From contig NW_003314311.1 in assembly GCF_000143415.4 (NCBI RefSeq), positions 1,186,769-1,250,768 of the forward strand: a DNA stretch of 64,000 nucleotides, written 5' to 3'. The translations under genes and the position numbers were made by a program. Shown here piece after piece: positions 48,830 to 60,100 of this stretch. Position 1 is the stretch's first letter. The number at the start of each line of letters is the position of its first letter. The DNA comes from Selaginella moellendorffii. Taxonomy: Eukaryota > Plantae > Lycopodiophyta. The notes under the pieces were generated by a model, which was not told the origin of the DNA, did no database searches, and was given only the letters and a program-made list of their open reading frames with translations.

Positions 48830-50918
48830 TCTCAAGAGCAAGCTGGAAAAGCTCCAAGCGAACACCGCTCTCGCAGGAATGGCAATCCTCGGAGAAAGAC
48901 AGCAGGAACAGCAGCATCAGCGATGGCCCATGACCTCCAAGTAGCGCTTGCAGTCCCCGACTGGCTGCAAGCGCTGAGAAGCCACAGGAAAGTCGTGCCA
49001 TCGGGAGCTACCGATCGATCCTTCCTCATCCTCTCGAAAGTTTCCAGCACCGACTCGGCGAGAAGTTGTTCCAGGCTTCCGGATCGATGCAAACACCGCC
49101 CATGCTTCCACACTTCGATGAGTGCGTTGGCCAGAAAGAACACAGTCGCTGAGCCCGGCCTCGCGGATGCTGGCATGAATCTTTCTCCCAACCTCGAGCA
49201 ATGCAAGCATCCCGCAGGCCTTGAGTGCTGGCACGAGAAGATGCGGCACCAAACGCTCGAACTTTCGTGCCGCATCTTCTCGCTGCTGCTGCAAACTTTG
49301 AAAGAGCTCTAAAGCCGTGTGGCGCTCCCCGGCCTCGACGTAGCCACCGATGATCGCGTTCCATGACACTATAGTTCGCTGCTGTATCCTTTTCAAGACC
49401 CGTCTCGCCATGTCCATGCGCTTGTACTTGGAGTAGCTAGCAAGGCCGGAGCACGGACTTAAAAGCCGTGATGAAAGTCCGACAGTCTGGTTCCACGCCT
49501 TCGTCTTGCATCCTCTGGAACAAATCCATAGCCTTCTCGCCTTCACCACCTTCTGCAAGCGCCATTATCATCGAACTCCACAGCACCGAGCTTTGATGCC
49601 TCGTCGCGAAAAGACTCGCTCGCATCACCAAGGTTGCCACACTTCATATACATGTCGATAAGCGACATTGCCACGAACGAGTTGGACTCGTCACCAGATC
49701 TTCGAGCTCGAGAGTGAACAACCATGCCTCTCTCCAGGCTCAAAACTTTCACCACCATTGTTCCATCGCCTGGAAAACCCGCTGCCTCCTCTTCCTTCTC
49801 CGCCAGACTTGTGCAGGCCATGAGCGCTGGAAGATAAGCCTGAGCTAGCATTGCTTCAAAGTACTTCAACGAAAGCTCGCTTTCATGCTCTCCATATATC
49901 CCGAGACCATAGCAGTCCACGAAACCACACTGTGCCTTGGCATGCTATCGAAAACCGGCCGCGCGATTCCACATTTCGTGTACATGTCCACCAGCGTGTT
50001 TGCCACAAAAATGTTTGTGCCGTGCCCGAGCTCGGCGAGCAAAGCGTGCAAAGCCATGCCTGTTTCCAGCCACCTGACTTTAAGATCTCGTCCTTGGAGT
50101 CTCTGTCTCGCTTGTACATGTCCGGGCTCACCACCTCTAGTGCGTTGGATGAGAGAAAAGAGCTCGAGAGCCACCTCGCCTTGATCGCTCACCGCATGTC
50201 CAAGGATCATAACGTTCCACAGCGACACACTGCAGTCTTGGATCCTGTCAAAAACTCGTCGAGCGTCTTCCAGAGATCCACACTTCACGTAAGAGTCGAG
50301 TAGCGAGCTTGCCTGAAACCGGTTAGACTCAAGGCCCCTCCTGAAAAGCTCTGAGTGACAAGCCATTGCTCTCTCCAGAGAGACCAGTTTCACCTTTTTT
50401 CCAGCCACCTCCCTGCCCTCCCGCTGCGAAGCTGCCGCAGGCACCAAGAACAGCCACAAAGGTTCTCCCGTCCGGTTGGAAGCCTTGATCCAGCATGGTG
50501 GAGTTCCAGGGCCAAATCCTTTTCTCCACTCGGAGCATAGGCCTTCACCACGGTTCGCTGCTTCATGCCGTCGAAAACTCACCGAGCTTCGTCCAGGTTC
50601 CCATGACGTGTTGGCCAGGAAAGCGTTATCTTGAAGAATTGGGAAGAGAGCACCTCATCCGCATTTGTTGAGCACTTGTTCAAGTTCCTCCTCACTGCCG
50701 CAAGACTTTAGTGTCGCGAGGATCGCTTGAGTGCTCGTTCGTGTCGTACTATCTTTTCTCTTCAAGTTGTTGAAGTTGTTGGAGTTGAATGCTCGTTGAT
50801 CATCGAAGCTACAAGTTTCCCTGGGTTGCGAGTTTGTATTCCTGCATCTGCGACGCTCGGAGAGAGCATTGGAATTGTTTTCTCGCAATGATACATCTAG
50901 CAAAGAACAAGGAAACAT
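48830..50918 (-). pseudogene. PLS-class PPR pseudogene
   Basis: PPR motifs (LLDSYVKCGSLEDARRVFD, ANTLVDMYTKCG, SWNAIIGGY) scattered across all three frames. Confidence 0.85.
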
Positions 50919-52431
50919 GACTTAGAGATCATTGTCGAATTTAATTGCACGTACCTCTCAAGGAAATTGCGTTGCCTGCCGCAGCTACCATGTAGTTCCT
51001 TCCATCGATCCAGAATGCTACTGCTTATACGAACATCAGGATTTTCCTTTGAATACCTCGAAGAAAAACCAGTCTAGACGAGACTACATACCATGCTGAT
51101 GGAAATCTTACTGTTCCCACTGTAGCGAGTTTTCTGGATTTTCACGGGGGAATGCATCATCTATCCATCGCCAAATCGCGAAGCTCCCCAAAAGAACCCT
51201 AGAACAATGCCTACACTTTTCAAGTCACTTGGCCAAATTCTCGCGCTTGGAGAGCTTTCTCTAAAGGTAAGCCGATCAAAACGCTCCTATCGGTTCGTTG
51301 GCTTTCTTAGAGGACGTGAGGGAAGGACACAGGCCTCAAACTGGAAGACTTGGAAGACACTAAAAGCTTTTTATCTTCGGCAGAACGACATGCGAATACT
51401 CTTTGCTTTACAAGTAACATTGGCAAGAATCGAACCCGAAGCGCATGCTCTGGGAAACCGATGTCCTAACTGCCTGGTCTAAGTTGTTTTAGTGAGCTAG
51501 CGAACCAGAACAAGGGCTACTTAAAGAGCAAGATTTTTGCATAAAAGTCCTTGTTGATTGGACTCTTCGGCATCGAACCCGGGTCTTCTACACCGGTTTA
51601 CCTCTACACTTACATGGTAGCCATCATCTCAGCAACCGGGTTCCAATAATAAAATATCATACTATCTACTTGAACCATATGGCATCCATGGCACTCTGTT
51701 AAATCCCGGATCGACCTGCATTCTCGCTGCTCGAGGCCAGCGTTTCGTCCTTGGCAGAAGCGCTTCCCCGATTTTAGAGGTAAGAGGACGGGATCTAGAT
51801 GGATCGGGGCGGCGCTCCTCTTCCCAAAATACTTGACGACCAGCGCGTGGTGGGATCCAAGGACGATAGTGGCGCTCTGGGTGTGGGGAGTTCGCTCAGT
51901 GGTGGATTAAACCACTCGGCCAAGGAAGGAAAATCGACAGGAGAGTTTTGTTCGAGATTTTCTCGCGCTGTTTCTACGAATGAAGAAGGGAGGAGAACAA
52001 CTGGTAGCTCATTCCCGTCGCTCTGCTCGTCTGTAAATGTACCCAGGCAAGGATCGTAGATTGGCAGATCCAGGATATCGAAAAGACGGCCAGGTTTTGG
52101 GAGGCCTGATCAAATCTCACAAGAACGCTCTCTCGGCATCCAGTGAGTTTGCATAGAGCAAGCACAGTTTTGCATTTTCATTATCCTCCTATTGTTCTTA
52201 CTATTTTATTTTCCTGTAAAAGAAAGAAAACGAACCCCCGCGTGACGTGTCAGCCACGTGGCTGTCCACCTGACTTGTATAAGTTCTCTGAATGAAAATT
52301 TTCCACAGCGCCGCTCCTCCACCGCCAGATAGCCGCCAGAGCGCCACCACATCTGCCCAGATTTTACTACGATTGTTTTTAACGGTCAGGATTTGTTCTT
52401 CGTCTCTAAACCTTAAGAACCCTAAAATCAG

Positions 52432-54423
52432 ATGATTGGGCAAATCAATGTTGCGTTGAGAGAAGTGGTTCCAATCCAGCTGGACGGCGACTGCCGCGAG
52501 CGCGATCTCCTCTCCGGTAAGAACATCGGCTTGATCAACGCAATCATTGATCGACTTGCGAAACGGGGCAGGATGGATGAGGCACGCCGCATTTTCGATG
52601 CCATGGATCGGCGCACCGCGGCGTCGTGGAACTGCGTCATCGGCGGCTACGCACGGTGCGGCCAGCCGGATCTCGCGCTTCTGTTCTTTGGGCGGCTGCA
52701 TGCCGAGGGGTTGGATCCAAACGGCCGGAGCTTCGTCGCGGCTCTCCACGCGTGTTCTTCGCTGGCCGCTACAGAAAAGGGGGTGAGAGATTTACAGGGG
52801 AGGATCATCAAGCTCAGGAGCCTCAAGAGAGGATTGGCTCTTCATTCCCAGCTCCAGAGTGGTGGATTCTTGGTGGACAGGTTCGTGGCCAGCGCCCTGG
52901 TGGATTTCTATGGAAAGTGTGGCAGCGTGAGAGAAGCTCTAGAGATTTTCCAGGCTGCCAAGTTGGGAACAAAGGACGTGGTTTTGTGGAGTGCCATGAT
53001 CAGCGCTTGCTCGCAAGGAGGGGAAGACGAGCTAGCCTTGGAGCTCTTTGAGCTTATGCTTTTGGAAGATGGAGTGGAGGCGAATGCTCGGACTCTGGTG
53101 GCCGTGCTCGACGCTTGCACGAATCTGGGATGGCTGGACAGGGGCGGAGAGATTTACTCGAAGTTTGCAAGAACAGGGACAGGGATTTCGTCCAGCGTTT
53201 TCGTCTCCAACAGTCTGATGGATATGTATGCGAAGTGGGGGAGATTGCTGGATTGCCAGCGAGTTTTCGATGGGATGTTAGAGCGGGATTCGGTCTCCTG
53301 GAATGTTTTGATCATGGGATATGCAAAAGGTGGCGAGGCCGAGCGAGCTCTCGAGTTATTCACGGCCATGCAAGCGTTAGACGTGGTCGTCAGCTCCAGA
53401 ACTTTGGTGGCCGTTCTCCAGGCATGCTTGGATATGGCTGAGAAGGAAGAGGCTCGGCTTGTGGATGGAAGGCCCTTGAAAGTGGCGTCGCTGGAGAAGG
53501 CATTGGCTTTTCATTCCCGGTTTCTCGACGGGCTGGAAGATGTTTACGCTGCAAACAACTTGATCAGTCTCTACGCTTGGTGTGGAAGTTTGGATGATGC
53601 GGCTCGGGTTTTTGACAAAATGGTGATCAAAGACTTGGTTTCGTGGAACATCATGATCGAAGCCTACACCGAGAGTGGAAACCATGAGCTGGCCCTGCAG
53701 GAGTTTTCGAAAATGGAACTCCAAGGACTGAAACCGGACTCGCAGACTTTTGCATCGGTACTTAAGGCCTGTGGTGGTCTTGGAGCACTACAGGCTGGAC
53801 AGGCAATCCATCGTCTGATCGAAGAAGCTGGGGCCGAGAGCTCTCCGGCGGTGGCAAACTCGCTCATAAGTTTCTACGGCAAGTGTGGTGACATGGTGGA
53901 ATCTCGGCGAGTGTTTGATGGGTTTCCAGACAAGGACGCAGTGTCTTGGAGTGCACTGATCGCGGGATACAGCCGTCAAGGGGACAGTGACGCGGTGTTT
54001 GATCTGTTCGAGAGAATGCAAGAGTTCGCCAAGCCCGACGCTGTGACATTCTCTTCAGTTCTATCGGTCTGCTGCCACGCTGGTTTGGTCGACAAGGGGA
54101 TGGAATACTTTCACGCGATGTGCTCGGACTATGGACTTAGTCCGAGTGTGGAGCACGTAATCTCCATGGTTGATCTACTTGGACGTGCTAATCGGCTGGA
54201 GGATGCGCTTGCGATGGTGCAAAGCCTGCCCGTGGAAGAGGTGTGCTCCAGGATATGGATGGCTTTGCTTGGGGCTTGTTTCAAGTGGAAAAATGGGGTG
54301 ATTGGAGAGGTAGCCTTTGATGCTCTATCAAAGGTTGACGATCAAGCTGGTACAGCTTATGCTCTCATGGCAAACATATACTCATGCTCAAACAATGAAA
54401 ACCTTGAAGTGATCGGTACGTAA
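52432..54423 (+). CDS. PLS-class PPR protein with E-type C-terminus (663 aa), duplicate of 27706-29697
   Basis: Same length; about 24 aa differences by manual count. Confidence 0.92.
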   Translation: MIGQINVALREVVPIQLDGDCRERDLLSGKNIGLINAIIDRLAKRGRMDEARRIFDAMDRRTAASWNCVIGGYARCGQPDLALLFFGRLHAEGLDPNGRSFVAALHACSSLAATEKGVRDLQGRIIKLRSLKRGLALHSQLQSGGFLVDRFVASALVDFYGKCGSVREALEIFQAAKLGTKDVVLWSAMISACSQGGEDELALELFELMLLEDGVEANARTLVAVLDACTNLGWLDRGGEIYSKFARTGTGISSSVFVSNSLMDMYAKWGRLLDCQRVFDGMLERDSVSWNVLIMGYAKGGEAERALELFTAMQALDVVVSSRTLVAVLQACLDMAEKEEARLVDGRPLKVASLEKALAFHSRFLDGLEDVYAANNLISLYAWCGSLDDAARVFDKMVIKDLVSWNIMIEAYTESGNHELALQEFSKMELQGLKPDSQTFASVLKACGGLGALQAGQAIHRLIEEAGAESSPAVANSLISFYGKCGDMVESRRVFDGFPDKDAVSWSALIAGYSRQGDSDAVFDLFERMQEFAKPDAVTFSSVLSVCCHAGLVDKGMEYFHAMCSDYGLSPSVEHVISMVDLLGRANRLEDALAMVQSLPVEEVCSRIWMALLGACFKWKNGVIGEVAFDALSKVDDQAGTAYALMANIYSCSNNENLEVIGT

Positions 54424-54490
54424 TGAAGTTTCTATGACTTTGCATTTATCTAACTCTTGTTTTTTTCTTTGCAGCTGGATCTTTCTGATG

Positions 54491-56041
54491 TCACTTCAAG
54501 ACATGAAGTGTGGAAAGAGTTGGATCTGATGCTCCACTGATGCTAATTCCCGAAGCATGGGCTTGCTTCAAATAGGCAAGAGCCTCCTGCGAGACGAGCT
54601 CTCCAGGAAAGAGCACAGAAATACCAGGTGGATACGGGCACACGAGCTCAGCACTCGCTAGACCCACTGCTTCTTCAGCTTTGCAGCAGTAAGTTTCTGC
54701 AAAGAATGCCTCTCTTGGACTAACTAGTGCTTTCCATCCGATTTTGTAACAATCAGGCACTCGGGGTCTGGAATAAGAATCTATCGTCAATCTGGAAGAA
54801 CTCAAAAGCTCTTGAAAGCCTTTGATAAGTTTCTCAATGTCGCTGCTGCTAGTGCCGGTTCCCATAGCAAAAGTTATGGAGTTCAGAAGAGGAAGCTCGG
54901 CCACCACCTTGCATTTATCGCACAGAAAGTCATCGGCAAAAGTTCCTGTGACTCCGAGCTCCCACAAACCAATGGTGATCCTAAGCTCATCAAAAATGGT
55001 ATCAGCTTTGGCTGCCAAGCTCACATTTTCTCTATCAAGGACTAAAACTTGTGGGATTTGTTTCAGGCGTCGTCGAGCTGTGGAAGCCAGCTCCAGAGCT
55101 GTATCAAACAATGGATGGTCATCGCTTGCTGCACAACTCATCTGGTCCCTTGCGGCATCGAGAGAGGCCAAGAGAAGGTAACTCGGACTGGAGCTTTGCA
55201 AGGTTCGAAGGCACTTGCTAATTCTCTCGTGCTTTACAATCTCGCAGCCTCTCGCAAGATGGAGCATCCCGGACTGCGTAAGAGACGAGAGTACCTTATG
55301 CGTGGATTGGACAACAACGTCGGCTCCCTGCTCGAGTGCCGTTGCAGGAAACCTCGAGTGGAACTTGAAGTGCGCTCCATGAGCCTCGTCAACTATGATC
55401 GGGATACCATGCTCGTGACACACCTTTGCGATCTCCTCCACTGGGCTACACACTCCGATGTAAGTTGGCGAGACAATCAGAACAGCTCCAATTCTCACGT
55501 CTTTTCTTTTCTGCAGATCCAAGATGGCCAACTCGATGCTCTCGGCGGAGACGCCGTGAGAAATCTCCCAGAGCTCGTCATAACAAGGAAGAACATAGTG
55601 AGGCATTGCTCCAGCAAGAACCATGGCTGAGAATGCCGAGACATGGGCGTTCCTGGGAAGGATCAAAACGTCTCCGGGCTTGCAGCAGCTCATCACCGCC
55701 GCTTGAATTCCACACGTAGAGCCGTTCACCAAGAACCACGAGTACCCTGCTCCGAAAAGCTCGGCGGCCATTTGCTGCGCTTCCGCTATAGCTTCTTGTG
55801 GCGAGTGCAAGTTATCCAGGCCTGGCAGCTCCGGGAGATCAAACTGGAAGGGTTGAGCTCCGAGAAGCTTGGAAATCGAAGAGGGCGCTGAGGAGCCGCG
55901 GCCGTGGCCTGGGAAGTGAAACGCAGCGACACGCTCCTCGCCGGTTCTCTTGAGAGCTTCTAGCAAAGGAGCTGAGGAAGAAGGGAGCAGTGACGGAGGA
56001 TGATTGTTGAGCACCGTCGTCGGCATAGCCATCCACGCCAT
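54491..56041 (-). CDS. PLP-dependent Orn/Lys/Arg decarboxylase family (AAT-fold, wing-less type), intronless, ~516 aa
   Basis: FHFPGH, DLPELPGLDNLH, LVNGSTCG, PRNAH.S, IVDEAHGAH, QSTHK (PLP lysine), SSSPSYLLLASLD, PYPPGI. Confidence 0.93.
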   Translation of the reverse strand: MAWMAMPTTVLNNHPPSLLPSSSAPLLEALKRTGEERVAAFHFPGHGRGSSAPSSISKLLGAQPFQFDLPELPGLDNLHSPQEAIAEAQQMAAELFGAGYSWFLVNGSTCGIQAAVMSCCKPGDVLILPRNAHVSAFSAMVLAGAMPHYVLPCYDELWEISHGVSAESIELAILDLQKRKDVRIGAVLIVSPTYIGVCSPVEEIAKVCHEHGIPIIVDEAHGAHFKFHSRFPATALEQGADVVVQSTHKVLSSLTQSGMLHLARGCEIVKHERISKCLRTLQSSSPSYLLLASLDAARDQMSCAASDDHPLFDTALELASTARRRLKQIPQVLVLDRENVSLAAKADTIFDELRITIGLWELGVTGTFADDFLCDKCKVVAELPLLNSITFAMGTGTSSSDIEKLIKGFQELLSSSRLTIDSYSRPRVPDCYKIGWKALVSPREAFFAETYCCKAEEAVGLASAELVCPYPPGISVLFPGELVSQEALAYLKQAHASGISISGASDPTLSTLHVLK

Positions 56042-56229
56042 GAATCGCTCAAGCACGAATACTCGATAAACGGTACTGTTTCAGGAATGTGAGATCCACA
56101 AACTTTTATCCAGCGACACAAAAGCCTCCAACCAATTCTTCTCTTCCACAAAAATGTGGAGCAAACGGAGGTGCGGTCATTCCTCCAGCAAAGGAGATAT
56201 AACTCAAGAATATCTTAGCTTTTGTAATA

Positions 56230-56330
56230 TGGACCAGAATCGAACCTGAAACGGATGCTTTGAGAAACGGAAGTCCTAACTGACTGATCTTTAAATAGCC
56301 CTTGCTTAAAGATAAAAGTCCTTGCTGATT
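56230..56330 (-). repeat. Decayed fragment of the tRNA-like repeat
   Basis: Reverse strand reads aggactttt...gttaggacttccgtttctcaaagcatccgtttcaggttcgattctgg. Confidence 0.7.
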
Positions 56331-56529
56331 ACACTTACCTAATAACCAATTCCTCATATAAACAAGTAAATTTTTGGCTTTTCTCACTGCTCGACCTTCC
56401 CAGATTCTGGTGGAATATTATCTATGGGTGGAATGTTCTAGAGAGTTGACTCTGGTGGTTGATGAAAATAGACTTCCATTGCGACTCAGCCAAAGATCCA
56501 CAAATTTTCACAACCTAGTGAGAGGTAAA

Positions 56530-57148
56530 TTAATGTCTTAGGTGGTCGGACATGCATTCCAACCACTATCCCTACACATGCTTTGGGCTTTCACCCCAAG
56601 CCTTTTTTAGTATCAGGAGTTAAGTCTCTGGGATAAGCTTAAAACTTACTAAATATGGAATGTCCTTAGATTGTGAATTTGGGCATAAGACAAACACCAT
56701 TGTGTTCAAGACAAACTTAACATTCTATAAATATGACAAATGAGCAAATCTAAACACTTTCCATAAATAGCATTTGGGACCGAAATGAGACTAACATAAA
56801 GGGCATGATAGCGAAGGTGTTTGGTAGACACGGTAAACTATCATCCAACGATATTGAAAAACTAGTCTTAATACGCGAGGGTTTTTGTCACTAGCTAGTG
56901 CAAAACATAATAAAGACAGGAACTCCTTATTAGGTTAAGTATGTTTAGCTAATAGCACGTAGGAATTCCGTTCTTATGCTCATTCAGTCTAAATACACTC
57001 GAAATGCCCAATTAACTCCACTAGCATAAGAGGGGCTACCAAAGGGATTCAACTGTACCAACCTCTTGCCGTCATGGTAATAAGGAAAGAGTGTCTGTAA
57101 TGACTGGCCGACAAGTATCTTTCGATACACGAAGTCATATTTGCAACA
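56530..57148 (-). mobile_element. Partial LTR of the 4372-12940 family
   Basis: Aligns to 4630-5289, ending GTCATATTTGCAACA. Confidence 0.85.
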
Positions 57149-60100
57149 GTGACGAAATTAGACCATGGAGCAATTCCCAAGCATACAGCCCAAGGAGCGA
57201 AGGGACAAGAGCACGGAGCAACTTGTAATAGTCCTAGAGTATCCAACATTCCAATGCCAAGACTAACATACAAAACAGAGCCAAATGGAATTTAGTGCTA
57301 TTTCAGCATACTGGTGGCCTAATGCGAGGATATAGGTACTCCATCAGCTAGCATGGTGTGGAACTCGGGTTTAGACCCAAGCCAGACGTAGAAAAAGGAC
57401 ATATATACAAGTGGGAGCTAAATTATGCTTTAGGTTAGTCGGCCATGCCCAACCTACCCACTATCCCTACTATACATTTGGAGCCCCCCACAGCAGACAC
57501 GATATGCTATCATCTAGCGATATTGAGAGACTAATATTAATATGCGAGGGTTCTCGCTAAGCTAGTGCAAGACAAAGCAAAAAAGAACTAACAAATTGGG
57601 CCAAGTATGCTCAATTAAATAGACACCTAGGAATTCCTTCTTTATGCTCATCTAGCTAAGTACAAATGCTAAATCTAGTTTACTAACACTTGGACAAGTG
57701 TTAGTAGTGTTGGTGATGTGACCAGTCGACAGTAACTACCCCATGACTAAAGATTTCACTATGCACACAAAGTGCTGAAGTCAGTCTGCTTATATTGGCC
57801 CAAACTCAAAGATCAATAGATGGACAATATCAAAGTCAGAAACAATGATATCTTAGAGACTTAATTATCAATGAATAAATTTTAGATTAGAATACAAAAG
57901 TATTCTAAGGAAGTTATTATCCGATAAACCAGTAAACAACTTATAAAAGACAACTAGAAAAACACAAAGTATTATTGACTAACAAGCAAAATGCTTGTGA
58001 ATGTATCACCCAAAGGAAATAATATTTAGTCTATTAGAACTAACTGGAGCAACAATCAATAAAACAGAATGAATATGGCAAGACTAACAAATACTTATTC
58101 ATGCCAACTATTGCACTAACTAATTTAAATAGATCCTAGCTAATAATACTAAAGAACTCAAGTTGCTTAAATAAACATTAGCAACATCCTATCAATGTCT
58201 TAAACCCAAGAGACCAATCTAAAGCAAACCACAAAGGACATGTGGTAATGCGAAAAGCCAAAACCTATTAAAGAGAACAATTAACTATCATGAAAGATCA
58301 TTAATTATCCCATCAATAGAGAGATGCACTTGTTGAAAAAAAAATCCACCATCCGAAGAATGGCAAATCATTCTATATTAACAATAATGTAGCAAAACCT
58401 TTAACAAAGATAATCAATTATCCTAAATAATAGTCAATCATCACGAATGATTGCCAAATGCTACCACTAACTTCAATATCAAAATTAATGAGCCAAAATG
58501 CCTTCCTTAATAAATCCTAACAAATGGAACAATAAATATGAAAACTCAAAAAACTAAAAGTTCAAAGAAGTCTATAGCCAAGTCTTGCCTAACAATGATC
58601 ATAAATCTCGTATGAACTAACTTTAATGCTAATGAAGAAATTATGGTACAACCCATAACATTTGTAAGCTCCTGAATTTGGACTTCCCGAGAGGTCACCC
58701 AGCCCAGTACTATTCAAACCCAAGGACGCTTAACTCCAACTATCCCAAGACCCTTAACCGATTGGAAAAGGGGGTGCACTCTTATTCATGGGCCCTTTCC
58801 CTCTATATTTGAACCCCTATGGATCGTCTCTCGAGTCGTTCCCTTTGGTTGCTTACAATCCACCACGCTTCCCTGCAAGTTCACGCCCTCGTGAACGGAA
58901 GCTGAGAACCGCAGCTCTCCCGAGAGCCCCGCTCTCTTGACACCCTACCCCTCGGGTCGAGCCCAGCGGGAGCAAACTGGACCAGCCAGATGTCAATCAA
59001 CATGTGGTATGATTCCCCTAAGCCAACCAACAGAGTCGGACCCAAGATCCCTCTGATACCAAATGTAAGCTCCTGAATTTGGACTTCCCGAGAGGTCACC
59101 CAGCCCAGTACTATTCAAACCCAAGGACGCTTAACTCCAACTATCCCAAGACCCTTAACCGATTGGAAAAGGGGGTGCACTCTTATTCATGGGCCCTTTC
59201 CCTCTATATTTGAACCCCTATGGATCGTCTCTCGAGTCGTTCCCTTTGGTTGCTTATAACATCCTTTTCAACACATTCATAAACTAAACTTCATAATGCA
59301 AAATTAATGAAGAGCATATTTGCTTCAATCCAAAAGCCAAACACAATGAAGTTATGCTCAACAAGTGATCACTAAATGATCCTATATAAATCCATCTATA
59401 GCAAAACATAATTCACTTCACAACAAGCATAAGAAGAATCATCAATGATTGATATATCCCAACTCAAATCCAATAAGAAATCAACATCTTTAATATTGAT
59501 CACTAACTTTTCCTCTCATAAAGCTAGCATAGTCCACAACTAAATCACTTTTCAATGAAAAGCTAAAGCTCAACCTTTACTAAACAATCTCATCTAAAAC
59601 ACAATTAACTCAACTTGCCACTTAGTTCATTTAAACGTCAATACATTTGCTATTTAGCAAATGCACGGATGTCAATAACACAAAGTTACAACCAAATCAT
59701 TAACACTATCTTTATCAAGACTAATGAAACTCAATATCAATCCTAAGGAAAGACATCTCATTTCACTCGAATCTCAATATCAATAATATCAATGACAAGG
59801 CATTACTTAAATGCCATCAAAACTATAACAAAGCTAATAGAAAATAGGAGTGAATCACCACTTAAAGCTCTTTAGCAACTAAGCTAGCCAAAATTGAAAA
59901 TACCTTAGTCAGTATTTAAAACCAAACCTTCAACAAACTCAATTATAGATAACACATCATCAAAGAGTGATTCATCACGTCCAAAACTCAATAACATTTA
60001 ACACCACGGACTAAACATAACTAAATAACATCATTAAAGGTAGAATCGATATTCTAATATGGCAAAACCATGTAAGTTTAACAACACGATTTTCCACAAC

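Larger units (their letters stand above)
51388..56111 (-). repeat. Right arm of inverted duplication (includes type A repeat 51388-52100)
   Basis: Reverse complement of 26070-30688. Confidence 0.92.

Noticed and set aside
58680-58735. Genuine 5S rRNA gene
   Set aside because: Only the internal control region is present, embedded in LTRs.
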